This document shows positions 49,803-61,821 of a stretch of 64,000 nucleotides of DNA, one piece after another; positions within the stretch are counted from its first letter, which is position 1, and every line of letters starts with the position of its first letter. Source of the stretch: Fimicolochytrium jonesii (taxonomy: Eukaryota); NCBI RefSeq assembly GCF_025526975.1, contig NW_026515670.1, positions 496,001 through 560,000 on the forward strand, given 5' to 3'. The position numbers were made by a program, and so were the translations under genes. The notes beneath the pieces are model-generated. The model made no database searches and was not told the DNA's origin. It saw nothing but the letters and a program-made list of their open reading frames with translations.

Positions 49803-51852
49803 AGCGCGACATTCTAGCCTTTCTTTACCTCCTCACCGAACTCAGCAAATCTCCTTTCCTTGTCAAACCCTTCCGAATCACCCATCATGTGGGGGTCAAA
49901 CGCATATACGTGTGTTTAGCATTCCCTCCCCTTCCCTTCTTATAGATCCCATCGGAAAATCGATAATGTGTCTTGTATGTTTTCCCTTGCCTCTCTTTCC
50001 CCTTTTGTTTCTAAAACCTCCCGGCTCCCTTTGTGTAAAAGGCGTTTTTGAACTGCCTGGTTTGAAATGAATACACTTGTAACTCTATGTTCTGGAGGGG
50101 TTGTTTTGGATGGTGAGCGATGTGATGCAGTTGTGCCTGTGGGTCGGATGCTGCCTATGGCTGCCACCTCCGCCTCCGGCAGTCTGAAGAAGTGCCAATT
50201 TCCTCATGAACGGCTTATCTACCCGACAGTGCCATTCCCCGTTATACTTCTCTTGGAAGTGATGCGATGCACGATATTTATTGAATTTCAACATGGATCA
50301 TGGATATTATTGCGGTGCCCTTTACCAGCATGGCTTCCAAATTCCACCCACCGTTCGCAACAACCTCCTGAAAAGCACATCTGAATCGTGGGAGCACTGC
50401 TGTATTGGCATTCATTCCGCCCTTGGTAGGGTCAAGCATTTCACTATATGATGACCGATATTGTGTCTCGAATAGCAGTGTCGCTGGAGTGTCTCGGAAA
50501 GCCGGAAGGCTGCTCTTGGGGAGGCCCGAGAGCCCGAAGAGGTGGGTGAGCAAAGCGAGCGCCTCTCTTTGATCCGTTGCGCAAAGGCGGGGAGCAAGAT
50601 TGTGAAGATTTGCATGGAGCGAAGCGAGGGCACCGAGCCGCTAATTCATTGATGAGTGGTACGTCAAATCCTGCATGTCAAATGTGATTTCGGTTTGTAC
50701 TGATGCGTTGCCAATGCGATTAATGCCAACGCTGCACATCGCATTTCACACCTCCTGAGGGGCATACGTGCCTTCTTCCGAGTCGACCCGATGGCATTCG
50801 CGGACCAATCGTGAAGGTTTTGCCTCGCTGGCATTGTTCTCAACGGAACGAGCGGGAACTTGGATCTCACACATAATGATTGCTATCCCAGCCGGGTGTA
50901 CATTGGAAGTCCTGCGGTGTGCACTGGTGTACAACGTAATTTGACTTAGTTCATGCATCGCATATGGTTAGTCGGACGTCGACAATGGTCGAGACGCTGG
51001 AATACTGTCAGACAAACTATCGTGTCAGGCCCGCATCCGTGGTAAAACCAGTACGATGCTGGGTTGACGTAGCCCTAGAGCCCTTAGATCATCCATCCAG
51101 CTTGAGTCGGAAGAGGGGTGTTCTATATCCACCTAGCATTACGAAACAGAGTCCCAGCGCCAAAAAGAAGTGTCTGCTTCTCCCCATTGGAAAAACGCGC
51201 CTTACCTAATCAGCTCCGCAACACGCGCTCCCGTCAACTTTCTTCTTTCCCGTCTCCCCGGAACTTCGTAACCCGCACAGGCTTAGTCTTACCACAGCTA
51301 CAAACAAGCTTACGGATACGGGGTCCTAAGCTCCTACTGTCAGTTTGATACCCCTCCAGTCATCCCCCCGGCGCCCAGACCTTCCCGGACTGACTACGTA
51401 AACCCACATGCACATGCAGCCGTGGTATGCCCATATGAAAACGACCAGAGGGGTCCACCGTCCCGTAGCTGACGTAGACTGGTCAGGCGCTGCAAGGTCT
51501 CGGCGTTGATTTCGCATCTGTCATCCCGCGGCGAAGCTTTGTTGTGCAGCATCAGATCTGGCGCTACCCTCCCTCAGCGCGCGCATTCCCCGAACGTTGT
51601 TTGTCTGAGGTTCCCGCCCGGTATATAAGACGTCGTTGTTGCGTTCTCCCTCTCTTCGCAACTTGTCTTTTTCGGAAATTTCGCGTACATTGCCAACTCT
51701 GTTCTATATTGCTGTACTTTACTTGACACCTTACGTGCTATCCGACGACCACTACACGTACCTACGCACGCTACTCTTTCACATAACGCGAGAAACCTTT
51801 TCTCGTCGATCAAGATCTCTATTCAAACGTTTCCAAAAAACACGTCTGCACG

Positions 51853-53508
51853 ATGCGCCATCCTACATCCTTCACCACCATCCTAGCCCTCCTCCTCGCC
51901 TTCTCCTCTACCACACTCTCGCTCCCGTCAAACCCACGTCACGCCAACGACCTCACCGCGCGCCAATCCACCCGTCCGCAACGCGCAACGGTCTGCGGCG
52001 CCATCTACGGGACCGGCACGCGCAACGACACCTACACACGCAACCTGCTCCAGATCGGCGACGCGTGGCTGCAAGGCTTCATTGCCCCGACCACGGGCGC
52101 GCTGTGCTCGCTTTCGTTTTTCATGACCCCGTTGCCGTTCTCGGTTAGCGCCAACGCGTCTGTGGCGGTTTTTGATGGTGCTGTGGAACAGAGTCAGATC
52201 TTTGCGGGGAATGCGACACCGGTTGCTGCTGCTAATACGCTGTAAGTTTTGTGAAGTGCTTTTGTTGCGTGGGGTTTGTGTATGCAGTTTACTAACAATC
52301 ATGCCTTTTCGTTTCCTTTCTATTCCAGTTCGGAGGGCGATCAACTCTTCTTCGACTTCTGCGGTCTCCAATCCGGTCTCATCTTCGAGAAGCAGCCCTA
52401 CAACCTTGTCCTCACTTTCGAAGGCAGCGCTCTCCCTGCTCCATTGAGCCTGGTCTTCCAGCCTTTTCCCGGCGCAAGCGGCTCGTTCTTCGGACCTTCC
52501 TTCACACCCGCCTTCAGCTTGGTCGACGAAGCTCTCGTGTTCAACTTGACCACTTCGCTCGAACCCCCGGTCTGCCCTGGTGGCCAGCCTGATGTAACCA
52601 CGACCATCACGACTACCACTACGTCTACAAGCACGTCTAGTAGCACGGTTACAAGCAGGCCTACGGAATCTCCCAGCGTCACTACTACCAATATCGAGCA
52701 TCCTTCCGCTTCGGCAACGCAGACTGTCACCTCCGGCGGAGAAGTCACAAGCGTAGTCGTCATTGTCGAGACCACAGTCGTCGTTGTTCAGCCAAGCACC
52801 ACCGATGTGATTGTCATCCCGTCCACCGCTTCCGTACCCACCACCGGCGAGCCCCTCCCGGAAACAAACACGGCTAAACCGGCGACGACCATCGTCGAAG
52901 TCTCCACGACAGTCATTGGCATTCCCGGATCGCCATCTCAAGTCACCGGCTTGCCCGTGACTCTGGTCCAGCCCAGTCAAGAACCCGGGACCATCGAGAC
53001 CGAAACATCCCTCTTCACCGGTACCCTGACCTGGATCTCCCCTCCAGCCCACGTCACCGGTCTGCCCGTCACCTTTGAGCCAAGCCAGGCGACTGAATTC
53101 CCCATCGACACCGTCACATCAACCTCCACAGGCACCCTCACCTTCATCTCCCCACCCGTCCCATCCCAAGTCACCGGCCTGCCCGTCACCCCCGGCGAAC
53201 CCTGCACAGCCGTCACCGTCACCGTAACCACCACCGAATCCGCAACGGGCACATGCACCGCGCAATCCACCAGCACCGCGACCTCCGGCGTCTGCGGAAC
53301 CCACTGCGCCCTCTGCCGCGAACACGCATGGGCCACCTGCGCAACCGCCGAAACCTACACCGAGTGCCTCAAATCCCCAACGCTGTCGCTGTGCTACCAG
53401 CTCGCGTGTGCCCCCGGGCAGGACACGGATGCGTACCTCAAGCAGTGTGAGCAGCTGGAGATCTGGGCGAGGTTTACGCATGATGATGAGATTCCGCATC
53501 GGTGGTGA
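51853..53508 (+). CDS. Secreted mucin-like Thr/Pro-rich protein with a globular N-terminal region and a Cys-rich C-terminal domain
   Basis: Exons 51853-52241 and 52329-53508. Signal peptide; three VTGLPVT repeats; C-terminal CGTHCALC...C...C...C...C...C. Confidence 0.85.
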
Positions 53509-54169
53509 TCAGCGCAATGACATTCCGATGATAAAACGACACGCCGGCGACATTATACACACACTACATCGCCCAAGCATCGTCGCACCCAACTCTTATT
53601 GCCACATACAACCCACCTCGTACGGACCTATATTTATCAGACTGTTTTTTTGGCCTTGTATTTCACACCTGGACTCCTAGAGTCTCCCCTTTTTGTGCTT
53701 TTCTTTGCGTATAGTTTTGCCATTCCCAAGGGACTTGTTGCTATCAACTTGGCACCCCAATGCTTGTGTGTTTGTATGTTGGAAAGGCGGTTTGGCATGT
53801 ACCGTTTCGAAAAATATAAGACTTCACGTATGAAAAATCGTTGATCGGGTCTTGTGGAAGTCGCGAATTTGCGGTTTGACTCCGGCATTGAACATGAACA
53901 GCGCAACGCACTCTCCAATTTGACAGGGGGGGCTAAAAATCCACATGCTTCAAGTGTCGCAATGTCCTTGTTACTCGTTCCATCCACACAGCCTCATACA
54001 AAATGTATCGGTCGCAATCAGTTGCTTCGTCAAACATCGAGCCCTCGTCTTGATGCGAGTTTCGTTCTGATGTACAGTATTAAACAGTCCCGCTGTATAC
54101 ATTCCCGCTCCACAATTCCGCCAAAAGATGTCTCAACACCCATGGAACCTCCCTCCTCTATCTCCGCCG

Positions 54170-54703
54170 TCACCAATCCCCCTCCGAGGTGCCCATCAGC
54201 CCCACCGCCATCCCCCTATAGTTCCCCAACATCTTCACAACCCCTCTTGCCCGCCCATCGCCCTCCCCGATCCGCTGGATCATAGCATCAACGCACGCGA
54301 CACGCAACTCGCGGGCCAGATCCAGCAGTATGTCTTCCGCGACCGTCTCAGAGGTCGTGGGTGGTTTCGATGTCGATGCTTTGGTGGCAGACTTTGTACA
54401 TGCGGTGCGATTCCGCGACATGATTCCAACGGCCCGCTCGGCAAGCACGACCGCCACGCAGTCCGTCACGACTCTATCACGACGATACGTCTCGAACAAT
54501 GCATTGCTCGTCGCTAGCATTTGCCGAAGGGTGGTGTTGGGACCGGATGTGGGGTGGTCGAGGGTGAAGGAGAGGATGTGGCGGATGAGTTCTGGTGGGA
54601 GGGTGTGCAGGGTTGGCGGGTGGGGTTTGTTGGCGAGTAGGGTATGTTTGATGGCGGAGTGCGGTGAGTGGGATGTTGGGATGCGAAGCTCTTTGTGTGG
54701 CAT
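54170..54703 (-). CDS. Short F-box-like hypothetical protein (possibly truncated)
   Basis: PTLHTLPPELIRHILSF matches an F-box start; the remainder is not recognised. Confidence 0.45.
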   Translation of the reverse strand: MPHKELRIPTSHSPHSAIKHTLLANKPHPPTLHTLPPELIRHILSFTLDHPTSGPNTTLRQMLATSNALFETYRRDRVVTDCVAVVLAERAVGIMSRNRTACTKSATKASTSKPPTTSETVAEDILLDLARELRVACVDAMIQRIGEGDGRARGVVKMLGNYRGMAVGLMGTSEGDW

Positions 54704-55165
54704 TTTTGTTAAGGTGTCCCGGATTCGGAATAGCGGTACAAATGCTCGTTACTGACGCTTTTGATACATTTTCCTATGGTTTCCTTATATAATATGCATA
54801 GCCAAAAAAGAGCGGGTCAAAGCATACCTAGCTCGATGTTGCTGTTGCTGTTCGAGGGTCTGCAACGGAAGGTCACCTCAAAAGATATCAGAGCGAAAAA
54901 AAATGACATGCCGTCAAAAGCGGAGTTTCAATCACCGTAACGACATGAGTGTCGATGTGCAAATCCACCATCACGAGCAACTTTGACCAGAACCAACCGA
55001 GTGTACCAAACAAATCATATTTACAAAAACAGACAGCCGGCTCAAAAGCCAGCCCACAAAGCTCGCAAGTGCTTCCCGTCTCCAACCGGCTCCAAAAGCA
55101 CAAAAAAGCAGAATCAGCTTGCAAAACACCCATCTCCACCCTATGTCCAAACCCCCTCCCAAACT

Positions 55166-58100
55166 CTACTTACTCCCCTCATCCTCACCACCCTGCCCTG
55201 CACCCGCACCCGTCGAGCTTCCCCCGCTCGCCGCTGCAGCGTTCTGCCCCCCACCCTGCTGCTGCCCCGGATGCCGCCAATCATCATGCAACCTACCTAA
55301 CAAGCTCCTAAAACTCGGCAACGTGACCGAGTTCCGCGTCGACGCGGCTGGTCTATCCGTGGCTGACCCAGGCGCCGCAGGACGTGGGGACGGCTGCCTA
55401 TTCGGCTGGTTTTGTTGTTGTTGTTGTGCGTAATGCTGCTGCTGCTGTTGTTGTTGCGGTTGTGGAGACGAGGTATGCGTCCCGTAAATCGACGGAATAG
55501 CCGAAATAGGCGGTGGGGGGTACGCCTGCGACGCCGCCGGACCACCACGTTTACTCTCCGGGTTTCCGGACGGGATGATACTCGGCGGGGCTATGGCGTT
55601 CGCGTAAATCGACTCATTCCGATTCGCGTTCTCCATCGAGTGGGATTGGGGTGGGTGGTGGTGATGGTGATGGGGTTGGTTGGCGTTGGTGCCGTATGCG
55701 AAGCGCTGGCTGGGGCCGAAGGAGAGGTCGTAGGGGTTGCCGGGGGGTGGGTTTGGGGTGTTGGATCCGCTGCCGTTGCGGGAGGTGCTGGCGTAGGGGT
55801 GGTTTGAGGATTGTTGCTGTTGCGGTTGTTGTTGTTGGGGATGTGGTTGCTGCGATGGCTCTCGATGCCCTTGTCCAGATTGCTTACCGTGGGCGAAGTG
55901 TTGCTGTTGTTGCGACGAGCCAGGGGTCATGTGGCGATGCTGATGCTGCATTTGATCGTGCTGCTGCTGCATATGGAGCTGCAGAGGGTGCTGTCCGTGC
56001 TGCACAGCGCCGGGATTCATCACGGGGATGTAATGCAACGTCGCACCTTCCGGCACCGGGCCGGCGTTGTAGGGTGCGAAGCCGGCTGGTAGGTACCGTG
56101 CTGGCCCGTACTGTGGCGCCGAAGACGGAACGGAGGAGGGATGATCTCGCGAACTGCCGGTTGTTTGCGGGATGCCGAGCACAGGGCTGCCGCTAGTTGA
56201 GAAATTCGTATCCCCCCGCGAACTGCTAGACGCGTTCAAAGGGGTCGAACTCAAGCTCGGCCGCCGTTGTCCGAAATACGGATTCACATATGACGCCGAC
56301 GCGGCGGCGGCGGCGGCAGCAGCTGCGGCTGCGGCCGGCGTAGCTGTCGAGAACAATCCGTACGCAGGCATACTAGCCGGCACCGATTGCATCTGCGCAT
56401 CCATCGACGACGCCGACGACGAGTTATTGTTCGCATTGCCCCCATTGCCCGCTGGCGGTGAACTCCCACCTCCCGAGGCCCCGCCCGGCGGAGTGGCACC
56501 TCGAAAAGCGAATCCAAGCGACTGACTCTGCAAATGGCTCAACAAAGCCAATGGCGCAATCATAGCCCCAAAATTCGCCTGCTGGGCTCCATGTTGCTGC
56601 GAAGACTGCTGCTGCTGTTGTAGTTGTTGTTGTTGTTGAAGATGGTGCGCATCAGCTGCAGAGTAGCCTTGCACTTGTTGATCCTGTAAAGCGTTCGGAT
56701 GACCAGACATGGACGCCGACACGGATGACGACCGGCGATGACCGTAATTCGAGGATGATGCAGGCGGGTGGGCGGAATCTTGCATCGTTGACTTTGCGTA
56801 TGAATGGGACGCGCTTTGTCGTCCATCTCGTGCTGTTTGCTTACTCGACCGACGACCGCGAGAGGAACCGGTTCCCTCGCCCGATATTGAGGACCGTCGG
56901 CTCTTTTTGCCCCCACCTCCTAACGTCGTAGCCGACTCTTGGTCCGGGTGAGGCCTGTTCGAGGGTACGACAACCTGCTGCAACAGCTCCACAGACCGGC
57001 TAAGCAGGTTGTTCAACCCCGCATTCTGTTGACCGTACGCCTTGTGAGGCGACGCAACAATATCCATCACCTCCATCCCATCATCCGGTCCAGCAGCACC
57101 CTCGTCATCAGGCCCAAGCGGCCCGATGCCCGAGAATCCCGACTCTCGCCTCTCTGGGCCTTCCTCCGACCCAAGCGGCCGCCTTTCAAGCCCATCTTGG
57201 ATAATCGTTCCCTCCCGACTCTTTCCTTTATCCTTGCGGGTGACACCACCCTTCTCTTTATCTTTCCCTCCTCGAGGTTTCCGCCCTTGGTTTCCTTTTC
57301 GACCTGTGACCCGCTTTTTCTGCCGATCCCTGACGGACTCGTATTCTTCCTCAAACAGCGCCCTTTCACGCATACGGGAGATGGTCGCTGGCAGGCGAGG
57401 GATGCGCGTGGCGACCTGATCGGGTGCGATGGTCTCCAAGCTCAGCACCACTCTCTGAATGGAGGCGGAAATGGCTTCGTCCTGCGGCCGTAGTGGGGAC
57501 GCCCGGCCTTCGTTCACGGCGCGAATCTCCTCCAGAACTGCTTCGATATCCGGGACCGTGAACGCTGGTTTTGCGTTGTTTTCCGATGCGTCCACATCCA
57601 TCGCGTCCGGATCCGCTTCAGGGACGGGTGAGGAAGAGATTCGCGTCCCGTCGGTGATGACACCAGCCTTCGCGGCTGCATCAGAGAGAGATCTCAGCTC
57701 TTTGATCGTTTCTGCAATCCTCTCCTGTATCCAACTCGTTTTCGACGCCACTGTCTGGTATTCCTGGTCCAGCGCATTGAATGCACCGACAACCGATCGT
57801 TTCCAAAAGTCCATCAGGAAGGCATCATACCCTGCGTCGAGAAACATTCGCCGGGCCGAGTCCGGTCCATAAACCGACGCTTGCGCCAGATATAGCTGTC
57901 TCGACTCTTCTAGGGACACTTGCATCGACCGATGCATTTCCCGAAATACATCAGGTGCCGTGAACTCTTCATTTCGGATACCGATCGGGATGCGGATAGT
58001 GCTCAGATCCACATGGTAAACAAGATTGCGGTAAAAAGGGAGTGGATTTCTTTCCGGATATGGGGGATACAGTTTGTCCGTTTCCAGCAATCCCTCGGGT

Positions 58101-58816
58101 GTGGGCATGCAGGCTCGAAAGGCTACGAACGCATGGAGAGGGGCAATCAGCGGCGAAGATAGAGATGCGCGGGGTATATGTGGCTGCAACCGATTTGGGT
58201 TGTTGAGGGAAGCTATAGACAGTAATAGTCCGACTCCCTCGGGTATCAGAGTTTGCAAGAAGGCCTGCTTCGCAACATCTTGGCATGTCGGCTGTAGCGG
58301 TTTGACGGGGTCGCTTGACCGAAACCATCCCACGCACTCGAGTCCCAGCTCGTTGAACTTTGCTACTGCGTGGATGATCGAGGTCGGATCTTCCGCTGAA
58401 TAGCCCTTCAGAAGCTCAGTAACTTGCCGGTCAGCAACATAGAGTGTCGTCACATGGCACACGACTTTCCAGTGCGGTTTCTCGCCGGGTTGGTCGATTG
58501 CAACGGATTTCCAGAAGCCGCCGAGGAATCCGCTAATGTTGTGTCTCGTGTCCGTGTAAGCTTGGTCCAGCAACGCCGTCTGTACTGAGTTGTCGAGCAC
58601 AATCACGAGGTTAGAGTCCTGACCTGATGCCGGCTGTTCATGAAGTGGAACCGGCGAGTTCCTGGCGGCTGTGGAGAGTGAGGAAATGGGTACCCAGTCG
58701 GGCGTCCAGTCTGCCGGGCGAGTGAATTCGTGGGACGCATCAACGGTGATGCTCTGCGACTGACCGAGCCCAGGAGCTAAGTTTGAGGCAGGTGGCGCGG
58801 CTAGCGAGTCCATCAT
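55166..58816 (-). CDS. BRCC36-like MPN-domain protein lacking JAMM metal ligands, with a long Gln/His/Ser-rich low-complexity C-terminus
   Basis: Intronless ORF of ~1216 aa from the first ATG at 58816. MPN core NISGFLGG...LECVGWFRSSDPVKPLQPTCQDVAKQAFLQ..GVGLLLS, then a helical region EESRQLY...DSARRM, then poly-Q/H tracts. Confidence 0.75.
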   Translation of the reverse strand: MMDSLAAPPASNLAPGLGQSQSITVDASHEFTRPADWTPDWVPISSLSTAARNSPVPLHEQPASGQDSNLVIVLDNSVQTALLDQAYTDTRHNISGFLGGFWKSVAIDQPGEKPHWKVVCHVTTLYVADRQVTELLKGYSAEDPTSIIHAVAKFNELGLECVGWFRSSDPVKPLQPTCQDVAKQAFLQTLIPEGVGLLLSIASLNNPNRLQPHIPRASLSSPLIAPLHAFVAFRACMPTPEGLLETDKLYPPYPERNPLPFYRNLVYHVDLSTIRIPIGIRNEEFTAPDVFREMHRSMQVSLEESRQLYLAQASVYGPDSARRMFLDAGYDAFLMDFWKRSVVGAFNALDQEYQTVASKTSWIQERIAETIKELRSLSDAAAKAGVITDGTRISSSPVPEADPDAMDVDASENNAKPAFTVPDIEAVLEEIRAVNEGRASPLRPQDEAISASIQRVVLSLETIAPDQVATRIPRLPATISRMRERALFEEEYESVRDRQKKRVTGRKGNQGRKPRGGKDKEKGGVTRKDKGKSREGTIIQDGLERRPLGSEEGPERRESGFSGIGPLGPDDEGAAGPDDGMEVMDIVASPHKAYGQQNAGLNNLLSRSVELLQQVVVPSNRPHPDQESATTLGGGGKKSRRSSISGEGTGSSRGRRSSKQTARDGRQSASHSYAKSTMQDSAHPPASSSNYGHRRSSSVSASMSGHPNALQDQQVQGYSAADAHHLQQQQQLQQQQQSSQQHGAQQANFGAMIAPLALLSHLQSQSLGFAFRGATPPGGASGGGSSPPAGNGGNANNNSSSASSMDAQMQSVPASMPAYGLFSTATPAAAAAAAAAAAASASYVNPYFGQRRPSLSSTPLNASSSSRGDTNFSTSGSPVLGIPQTTGSSRDHPSSVPSSAPQYGPARYLPAGFAPYNAGPVPEGATLHYIPVMNPGAVQHGQHPLQLHMQQQHDQMQHQHRHMTPGSSQQQQHFAHGKQSGQGHREPSQQPHPQQQQPQQQQSSNHPYASTSRNGSGSNTPNPPPGNPYDLSFGPSQRFAYGTNANQPHHHHHHPPQSHSMENANRNESIYANAIAPPSIIPSGNPESKRGGPAASQAYPPPPISAIPSIYGTHTSSPQPQQQQQQQHYAQQQQQNQPNRQPSPRPAAPGSATDRPAASTRNSVTLPSFRSLLGRLHDDWRHPGQQQGGGQNAAAASGGSSTGAGAGQGGEDEGSK

Positions 58817-59726
58817 CTCCCTCCCTGCTCCGTCGTGTGAGCAACCCCACCTAGCAGCGCGCAACTTATTTATATAGCGAATGCCAGAACGCAGGTCAGA
58901 CAGTGATGGAGCGGGACGAAAGAGGGAGCTGGTCGTGGGTGGTGCTCCTGCTGCTGGTGCGCGTGGTGGCTTTTCCTTGCCGGTCGTTTATCATTTCCAC
59001 CGATGGGGGTTGGTTGGGGGGGTTGGTCGTTTTGGTTCCCAGAACGAGGGAGGTCCCCTGCCATTCTTGCCCTGCCCTCCCGTCGGCCACCGGAGTCACG
59101 TGTCTGCTTTATTGCGTTTATTGCTTGCGCGTCATGCAGCAACACACGGCAGTAGCGATGGCAAATCGCCGTAAGCCCCATATACTGTATATACGCAACG
59201 GCGGGCAGATGCTTCTTTCCTGCTTGAGTATGTTAGGGAGCAGTGGGATACACACTCTCTGTGTCTACTCTCGTTCTTCATGAATCCTTGAACAATGCTT
59301 GCGAAAAAGTGTTTCTGTTGGCCTTGGTCGATGCTGATACGATGCCTTACTTGCATACCGCTTCTACTGTACCCCGTTTCTGGTGATTTCTCGAGGGGCG
59401 GGGCAACGCACGTTTGAATGGGACCGTCCTTGCGTACAGTACAGTACAGTACATTTGGGTGAGGCCCGAGCCGGCCCAACCCCCTCACGAGTCGGCCCAT
59501 TCCCAATTTCGACGGCGCGTATCGTCCGCCGTCAGCACAAAAAACTGTCAAACCCGTCCATCCCGCTCCCCCCCCTCCACCTCGCATTACCCAATCCTCC
59601 CATACAAAAACATGCGCACCATAAACCCCACCTTCCCAAGTCCCTCATATCCCGCTCCACCACCCGCTCTCGCCAAAACCCCACATCCAGCTTATCCTCC
59701 CACACACACACGCCACCTACACAACC

Positions 59727-61259
59727 ATGGCCGCCGACAAACTCTCCCAGTCCGAGTCCACCACCCCGCTCACCCTCACAGTGCACGACACGGACCCCCA
59801 GCCCTGGGACCGCTCCGCATCCGCACGCACACTAGACGGCTCCATCGACGAGGACTCGCGCGTCATTGACGTCGATCTCCACCCGGATGGGAAAGCGTCC
59901 ACGGCGTACGAGGTGAATCTGAAGCATCACGATGATGATGATGAGAAGCTGAAGGCGGCGGGGAAGGAGGAGAAGCCGCGTACGAGGACGATTGTGCTCT
60001 CTGTGTCGTTTTACATGTTTGCTTCTACCGGTATGTGAAAGTCTCATTCCATCCTACGTGCCCTCACTGCTTTTTCACGGCTGACACATCCCCCCCCCCC
60101 CCCCTCGCCCACACCAGCCCTCCTCCTAGCCAACAAAATGGTCCTCCTGAAAGTCGCGCTCCCCATCACCTTCCTCTGGATCCAGCTCGTCATCGCCGTC
60201 GCCCTCATGCATGTCGGCGAAGCGATGCGGCTCTTCCCGCTGCCCCGAATCGATTGGAATGTCTGTGTGCGCCTGTGGCCGATGATCCTGATCAATGTGT
60301 TGGGGTTGTCAGTGAACACGTATACCATCCAGTACGGTGATGCCAGTTTCTATCAGGTATGTCGGGGCCCTCGCTTTACGTTTAAGTTTTTTACATTGTA
60401 AATCTAACGGGGGCGATACACCACACACCAAAAAGGTAGCAAGAGGCCTAGTCCTGCCGTTCACCGTCCTCCTCTCCGCCCTGTACCTCACCCGCCCCTC
60501 CCCGTCGATCCTCGCTTGCTGTCTGATCGTCACCATCGGCTACTTCACCGGCACCGCGTTCTCGCCCACGTCCACCACCGGCACGAAACCCGTGAAAGCC
60601 ATCGCATTCGGCCTGATCTCCTGCGTCAGCACCGCGGTGCATGCGATCGTGATCAAGAAGAGTATTGCGGTTGTGGACGGGGATACGTTGGCGCTTGTGT
60701 ATTTCAACAACGCGTTGAGTGCCGTTTTGCTGCCGGTGGTGTTTTTGGTCACGGGGGAGGTGAGCAGGTGGGGCACGCTTGGGGCGATCGAGGGGGAGGA
60801 TGGGGCGGGGGTGGGCGTTTTTGTTGCAGGGTGTTTGCTGACGGTGAGTTTGAGGGGGGGGCATAGATTCCCCCCGTTTTCAAAGTGGGTTTTTGCTTTG
60901 GTGGGAGTGAGGGCTGACGCCCCTATCTTTGTTTTTGCGCAGGGCTTCCTCGGCTTCCTCCTAAACGTCGCCAGCTTCTTCCAAATTAACGTCACCTCGC
61001 CCGTCACCCACGTCGTTTCGTCGGCTGCTCGTGGAGTGTAAGTACCCCACATCCGCCCGCTCCTTCACCCCCCCCCCCCCCCCCCCCCCCTCGAACCCAA
61101 CCTAATCACTCTCATCCGCACAGCCTTCAGATAGTCCTCGCGGCATGGCTCTTCAACGAAACGGTCACATCCTCCCGCGGGTGGTCGATCGCAATTATTA
61201 TTGTAGGTTCGGGGATGTATACGTGGGTTAAGCATCGGGAGTCGTTGGCGGGTCGGTGA
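59727..61259 (+). CDS. GDP-fucose transporter-like nucleotide-sugar transporter (SLC35C/TPT family)
   Basis: Exons 59727-60030, 60118-60356, 60436-60843, 60943-61037, 61124-61259. LANKMVL, DASFYQVARGLVLPFTV, FQINVTSPVTHVVSSAARGVLQ, GSGMYTWVK. Confidence 0.88.
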
Positions 61260-61821
61260 TATGTGTGAGATATGTACCGTATTGTCTTTTTTTGGGGAGG
61301 TATATCAGCGGTTTGGGAACTGAATATGATGGATGATGAAGAGAGAACCGTGTTGGTCGTTTTCGAAGTGTGTATTATCTATGGTTGTGTATGGATGGGG
61401 GGGTGTTACCCACTCGGGCCCGTTTATGTGCGCAAGGCTCGCGTATAGCAAGCCCATGCGGGGACAAATGAACGTAGAACGTATTTAGCATGGGTTATGC
61501 GGTCATATACCCCGTCTGCTTCCCAATGCGATTGCGGTCCCAAATCTCCCCTTCCGATATCACGTGCCTGGCCCAAACGTGGCAGGTATGTTTCGATTAA
61601 GTGTAGTTCCAAAAAGATGCCAACCCAACAGTCTATGTAAAATGAATGGGTGCAGAGATGCAGCGCTCGTGCGCGTCGCGTCGTGGCGTGTAGCGGAATG
61701 CGTGATGTTGCTTCAAAAGGAAGCCGAAGTCGGGAGAGCTAAATTTCTCGACGACCTCGCGTGAAGCTAGCAAGGAGACCATTTTCCGTTCTTAGAGGCA
61801 AATGGTTTTGCAATGCCTCCC

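Noticed and set aside
58817..58864. ORF-track upstream extensions from non-ATG starts (also 36241-36291, 39036-39350, 41300-41440)
   Set aside because: Eukaryotic initiation at the first suitable ATG is more plausible, so starts were reassigned.
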